Assembly (NCBI GenBank): GCA_046093585.1
Contig: JBJTFU010000175.1
Coordinates: 1 to 38,808, forward strand
DNA length: 38,808 nt
Direction: 5' to 3'
Source: Ilumatobacteraceae bacterium
GTDB lineage: Bacteria; Actinomycetota; Acidimicrobiia; Acidimicrobiales; Ilumatobacteraceae
Under the pieces are notes generated by a model, which was given only the letters and a program-made list of their open reading frames with translations, ran no database searches and was not told the origin of the DNA. Below, one piece after another: positions 35,117 through 38,808 of the stretch (position 1 is the stretch's first letter; every line of letters starts with the position of its first letter). Made by a program: the position numbers and the translations under genes.

Positions 35117-36007
35117 TCAGGCGGTTTCTTCCACCGCAGGCAAGACGTCGCGCTGCTGTACCACGACACCGGCCAGCACGAGGGCGATACCGACCAACTC
35201 GATCGCGTTCGGAGTCTGGTCCAAGAACACCATGCCAAAAACCACGGCAGTGACCGGGAGTAACGCAAGCAGTACCGAGAATCGTCGGACGGGGATGACA
35301 CGGAACACGGATTGCTCGATGCCGTAGCCGATTGCATTCGACAGCAATCCGACGAGAACGCACAGCAGGATCAACGTCGGTGAAGACCATGCCGGCCCAC
35401 TTTGCGGGGCGCCGAACGGTGCAATCATCACGGCACCGATGACGAGACCGACCCCCAGTCCTGCGAGGCCCCGATCGAGTTGCGCCACACGTGAACCGAT
35501 GACGATGTAGGCGGCCCAGCAGGCCGATGCGAGGAAGATGTAGAGCAGGCCGAGCGGCTCGTTGCCAAGCTCGATTCCCGACAGCACCACGACGCCGACT
35601 GCGGCGAGCATCAACGCCAGGGTGTTGCGCCGCGTGCGGGTGGTGAGCGCGGCAACGCAGATCGGCCCGATGAACTCGATGGCCACCCCCTTGCCCATGT
35701 CGAGGCGTTCGATCGCAAGGTAGAAGGTCAGGTTCATGAACGCCACGGCGATGCCGAAGATGGCCGCAGAAGCGATCTCGGCGCGTGTCCACTTGCCTTG
35801 ACGGAGGAGTCGGGGCAGCGACACGAGGATGAGGATGATCGCGGCACCGATCACGCGGAACCAGGCGACGCTGGCTGGGGCGAGGTCGTCGAACAGTTGC
35901 ACGGCGATGACCGCGCCGAGATATTGGGCCGAGGCCGAGATGATGAAGAACGCCTCGGGAGCGGCCCCGAGCAGGCGCGTGGTGGCGCCCGACGAGTGGT
36001 CGCTCAC
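35117..36007 (-). CDS. EamA/DMT-family transporter
   Basis: Ten hydrophobic helices forming two EamA repeats. GTG 36007 overlaps the aldolase stop (GTGA). The ORF-track N-terminal extension (to 36406) is shadow sequence over the aldolase gene. Confidence 0.75.
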   Translation of the reverse strand: MSDHSSGATTRLLGAAPEAFFIISASAQYLGAVIAVQLFDDLAPASVAWFRVIGAAIILILVSLPRLLRQGKWTRAEIASAAIFGIAVAFMNLTFYLAIERLDMGKGVAIEFIGPICVAALTTRTRRNTLALMLAAVGVVVLSGIELGNEPLGLLYIFLASACWAAYIVIGSRVAQLDRGLAGLGVGLVIGAVMIAPFGAPQSGPAWSSPTLILLCVLVGLLSNAIGYGIEQSVFRVIPVRRFSVLLALLPVTAVVFGMVFLDQTPNAIELVGIALVLAGVVVQQRDVLPAVEETA

Positions 36008-36819
36008 TCGAAGAGTTCGGGATCCGTCTTGCAGATCTCCTGGAACAACGGCTGGAACTGGAACCATCCGGCGTCGGGGAATCCGGTCAGTTGCTGGGTG
36101 TAGGTGGCCATGTCTTGAGGGATCAACTTTGGCTTTCCCGCAGCCTCCGCAGCGAGTTGTGCCTGACACGAGCGTTCCATCGTGATGAACCAGTAGGCCG
36201 CCGCCTCGACGGTGCTGCCGACGGTGAACAATCCGTGGTTCTGGTGGATCGCAGCCTTCCCTGACGTGAACTTGCTGGCGAACTCTTCGCCGGCTTCGAC
36301 TTCGAACACCACCTTGCCGCCTTGCTCCTCGATCACCATGTGGTCGTCGTAGAAGATGCAGGCATCCTGCGTGATCGGGTCGAGCTTCCGACCGAGCGAG
36401 GACCATGCCTTGCCGTACACGGAGTGGGCATGAGCGGCGCCGACCACGTCGGGTCGCGTCTTGTGGATCGCGGCATGGAGCACGAACGCGGCCCGATTGA
36501 CCGGCTGGCTTCCGTAGACGACGTCACCCGAGTGGTTGACGAGGATGAGGTCGCTCGTCTTCATCAGGCGGAACGACTTACCGAACGGGTTCACCCAGAA
36601 GTGATCGGGGAACTCGGGGTCGCGCGCCGTGATGTGACCGGCGACGCCCTCGCCGAACCCCAATCGTCCGAAGACTCGCAGCGCGGCGGCGAGTGCCACC
36701 TTGCGATGGCGACGCTCGTCCTCCACGTTGTCGAACGTCGGAGGCTTGGCGTTGATGACGGTCTTCGGCGTCAGTTCGACGCCGTCGATCATGCCCGGGC
36801 GGTTCTCGGTGATGGCCAT
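36004..36819 (-). CDS. class II aldolase/adducin-domain protein
   Basis: [48 protein letters not shown] and [11 protein letters not shown] prefer ATG 36819 (TAACCT 6 nt upstream); TTG 36825 is the alternative. Confidence 0.82.
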   Translation of the reverse strand: MAITENRPGMIDGVELTPKTVINAKPPTFDNVEDERRHRKVALAAALRVFGRLGFGEGVAGHITARDPEFPDHFWVNPFGKSFRLMKTSDLILVNHSGDVVYGSQPVNRAAFVLHAAIHKTRPDVVGAAHAHSVYGKAWSSLGRKLDPITQDACIFYDDHMVIEEQGGKVVFEVEAGEEFASKFTSGKAAIHQNHGLFTVGSTVEAAAYWFITMERSCQAQLAAEAAGKPKLIPQDMATYTQQLTGFPDAGWFQFQPLFQEICKTDPELFE

Positions 36820-36825
36820 GGGCAA

Positions 36826-36831
36826 AGGTTA
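36826..36831 (-). promoter_or_regulatory. -10-like hexamer TAACCT, 6 nt upstream of ATG 36819
   Basis: Reverse strand reads TAACCT-ttgccc-ATG. Confidence 0.45.
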
Positions 36832-36837
36832 GCCATG

Positions 36838-36865
36838 GGTATCTGCACGGGGGTACCTGCACGGG
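36838..36865. repeat. 14-bp tandem duplication GGTA(T/C)CTGCACGGG x2 in the divergent aldolase/mutase intergenic region
   Basis: ggtatctgcacggg (36838..36851) is followed immediately by ggtacctgcacggg (36852..36865), with one mismatch. Confidence 0.8.
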
Positions 36866-36886
36866 TCGTCGAGCACACGAACCTCC

Positions 36887-36892
36887 TAGAGT
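36887..36892 (+). promoter_or_regulatory. -10-like hexamer TAGAGT, 7 nt upstream of ATG 36900
   Basis: TAGAGT-tgtcgcg-ATG. Confidence 0.45.
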
Positions 36893-36899
36893 TGTCGCG

Positions 36900-38483
36900 A
36901 TGACTGACGGTCCTGCCAAGAGCACCGACTCGGGCATTCCCGTCGAGCCGCTGTACACGGCGGAGTCGCTCCGCGGATGGGATCCGAATGAGCGGTTGGG
37001 AACTCCCGGCAAGCCACCATTCACCCGCGGCATCTACCCGACGATGCACCGCGATCGGTTGTGGACGATGCGGCAGTACGCGGGTTTCGGCACTGCCAAG
37101 GACACCAACCAGCGCTTCAAGTTCCTCCTCGAGGCGGGTCAGACGGGTCTGAGTTGTGCGTTCGACTTGCCCACTCAGATGGGGTACGACAGCGATCATC
37201 CGCGTGCCGCCGGCGAGGTGGGCAAGGTGGGCGTCGCGATCGACTCGCTCGACGACATGCGCACGCTGCTCGCCGACTTGCCACTCGACAAGGTGACGAC
37301 GTCGATGACGATCAACTCGACCGCGGCGATCCTGCTCCTGATGTACGAACTCGTGGCGGAGGAGCGCGGCGTGTCGTCGCAGCAGATCAGCGGCACGATC
37401 CAGAACGACCTGTTGAAGGAGTACATCGCCCGCGGCACGTACGTGTACCCGCCGAAGCCGTCGATGCGGATCATCACCAACATCTTCGAGTACTGCTCGC
37501 AGAACGTCCCCAAGTGGAACACGATCTCGATTTCCGGTTACCACATCCGCGAGGCAGGCAGTACGGCCGTGCAAGAGTTGGCGTTCACGCTGGCCAACGC
37601 CATCGCGTACGTGCAGGCTGCGGTGGATGCCGGTCTCGACGTGGACGACTTCGCGCCGCGCCTCTCGTTCTTCTGGAACGGACACAACAACTTCTTCGAA
37701 GAAGTGGCCAAGTTCCGCGCGTCGCGACGGATGTGGCACCACATCATGCGTGAGCGATTCGGGGCCAAGAAGGAGTCCAGCTGGCTGATGCGCTTCCACA
37801 CGCAGACGGGTGGCTCCACGCTGACTGCTCAACAGCCGCTGAACAACGTGGTGCGAGTGGCCGTGCAGTCGATGGCCGCGGTGATGGGCGGTACGCAGAG
37901 CCTGCACACCAACGGCTACGACGAGGCGCTCGGCCTGCCCACCGAGGAGGCTGCGCGGATCGCGCTGCGTACCCAGCAGATCATCGGGTACGAGAGTGGC
38001 ATCACCGACACTCCCGATCCATTGGCCGGCTCGTACTTCGTGGAGCGACTGACGGACGAAGTGGAGAGGTTGGCGTGGGAGTACATCGCCAAGATCGACG
38101 AGATGGGTGGGGCGGTGCAGGCCATCGAAGAGGGTTTCCAGATGGCCGAGATCGAGGAAGCGGCCTATCAGTACACGAAGTCGATCGACGATTCGACGCG
38201 CGTACTCGTCGGTGTCAACAAGTTCACCGTCGAAGACGAGGCCGAACCGCAGGTGCTGAAGATCGATCCTTCGCTCGAGCGAGATCAGGTGGCCCGACTG
38301 AAGAGGTTCAAGGAGTCGCGTGACCAAGCCGAGGTCGAGGCGAGGTTGGAAGCGCTGCGCACTGCGGCCCGGGGCTCCGACAACGTTCTCCTGCCGATGA
38401 AGGACGCCCTCCGCGCCAGCGCCACGCTCGGTGAAGTGAGTGACGCCTTGCGCGACGTCTTCGGCGTGCATCGCCCGAACTAG
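36900..38483 (+). CDS. methylmalonyl-CoA-mutase-family large (substrate-binding barrel) subunit, lacking the B12-binding domain
   Basis: [82 protein letters not shown] and [15 protein letters not shown]. It ends at ...[14 protein letters not shown], where full-length mutases continue into the cobalamin domain. Confidence 0.88.
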   Translation: MTDGPAKSTDSGIPVEPLYTAESLRGWDPNERLGTPGKPPFTRGIYPTMHRDRLWTMRQYAGFGTAKDTNQRFKFLLEAGQTGLSCAFDLPTQMGYDSDHPRAAGEVGKVGVAIDSLDDMRTLLADLPLDKVTTSMTINSTAAILLLMYELVAEERGVSSQQISGTIQNDLLKEYIARGTYVYPPKPSMRIITNIFEYCSQNVPKWNTISISGYHIREAGSTAVQELAFTLANAIAYVQAAVDAGLDVDDFAPRLSFFWNGHNNFFEEVAKFRASRRMWHHIMRERFGAKKESSWLMRFHTQTGGSTLTAQQPLNNVVRVAVQSMAAVMGGTQSLHTNGYDEALGLPTEEAARIALRTQQIIGYESGITDTPDPLAGSYFVERLTDEVERLAWEYIAKIDEMGGAVQAIEEGFQMAEIEEAAYQYTKSIDDSTRVLVGVNKFTVEDEAEPQVLKIDPSLERDQVARLKRFKESRDQAEVEARLEALRTAARGSDNVLLPMKDALRASATLGEVSDALRDVFGVHRPN

Positions 38484-38501
38484 TCGCGAATCAGTCGCTG
38501 A

Positions 38502-38808
38502 TCAATCGAAGTACGTGATGGCGGCGGGTGGCCGCTCCATGACGTTCGCCTCGCGCGCTGGCCAGCCGAAGTAGAGCACTCCAGTGACGTGCGTGCCGAC
38601 GGGGAACCCGCACACTTCGCCGATTGCATCGTTGGCGCCTTTCGGCGCACTCGACCAGAAGCTGGCGAGGCCGAGCGACGTGGCACCGAGCAGCATGTTC
38701 TGGATGCCGGCAGCGACCGCGTCACGGTTCTCCTCGGTTTGTAGATCGCTCTCGCCCGGCAGCGATCCGACGACGACGATCGCGGGAGCGCGCAGATACT
38801 TGGTGCGC
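38502..38808 (-). CDS. nitroreductase-family protein, C-terminal ~101 aa (5' end beyond window edge)
   Basis: The reverse frame stays open to the window edge. RTKYLRAPAIVVVGSLPGESDLQTEENRDAVAAGIQNMLLGATSLGLASFWSSAP... is the typical nitroreductase C-terminal half (A.QNM.L.A..LGL). Confidence 0.55.
   Translation of the reverse strand, partial: RTKYLRAPAIVVVGSLPGESDLQTEENRDAVAAGIQNMLLGATSLGLASFWSSAPKGANDAIGEVCGFPVGTHVTGVLYFGWPAREANVMERPPAAITYFD

Noticed and set aside
36820-36899. Cobalamin riboswitch upstream of the B12-dependent mutase gene.
   Set aside because: The intergenic region is only 80 bp and is occupied by two back-to-back promoter-like elements and a tandem repeat. That is far too short for a ~200-nt B12 riboswitch, and no B12-box-like sequence was seen.

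Overview
This is a dense, high-GC actinobacterial chromosomal segment with about 45 protein genes and one tRNA. Lineage markers are a WhiB-family regulator, a PafB/PafC-like WYL pair, the bL37 micro-protein, FbiD/CofC, Glf/GlfT2 and very frequent leaderless-type starts. Content is mostly core metabolism (argG, pgi, gpsA, acyl-CoA dehydrogenase, MaoC hydratase, split methylmalonyl-CoA-mutase-type large subunit, class II aldolase). There are also cell-envelope genes (GT2 plus L,D-transpeptidase, glf-glfT2, a SpoIID/SGNH/PG-binding fusion protein, an LPG-synthase-TM-like protein). DNA/RNA maintenance genes include mutY, rnhB, a Cas4-like PD-(D/E)XK nuclease, a DEDDh exonuclease, a secreted DUF1524/HNH nuclease, PIN-PhoH2 and HU. 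I saw no transposase, integrase, CRISPR array, rRNA, prophage or canonical defence island, so I cannot honestly name a clear new multi-gene system. The best candidates for something undescribed are listed here. (1) The phoH2-hup interval holds a helically phased T-tract/12-bp tandem repeat array that is exceptional for this GC content, with a possible small upstream ORF. It is followed by an HU gene and a separate 41-aa Lys/Ala-rich histone-H1-like cistron, which looks like a split HupB. (2) A GT-B-like gene abutting tRNA-Leu is interrupted by a single in-frame TGA. (3) A 419-aa protein of unknown function is translationally coupled inside gpsA-X-rnhB-sirtuin. (4) Several exact short tandem or recurrent motifs lie in promoter regions. 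Two micro-ORFs missing from the ORF track (bL37-like, KA-rich) and two edge-truncated genes were found by reading the sequence directly. All family assignments rest on motif recognition by eye; no database search was possible.
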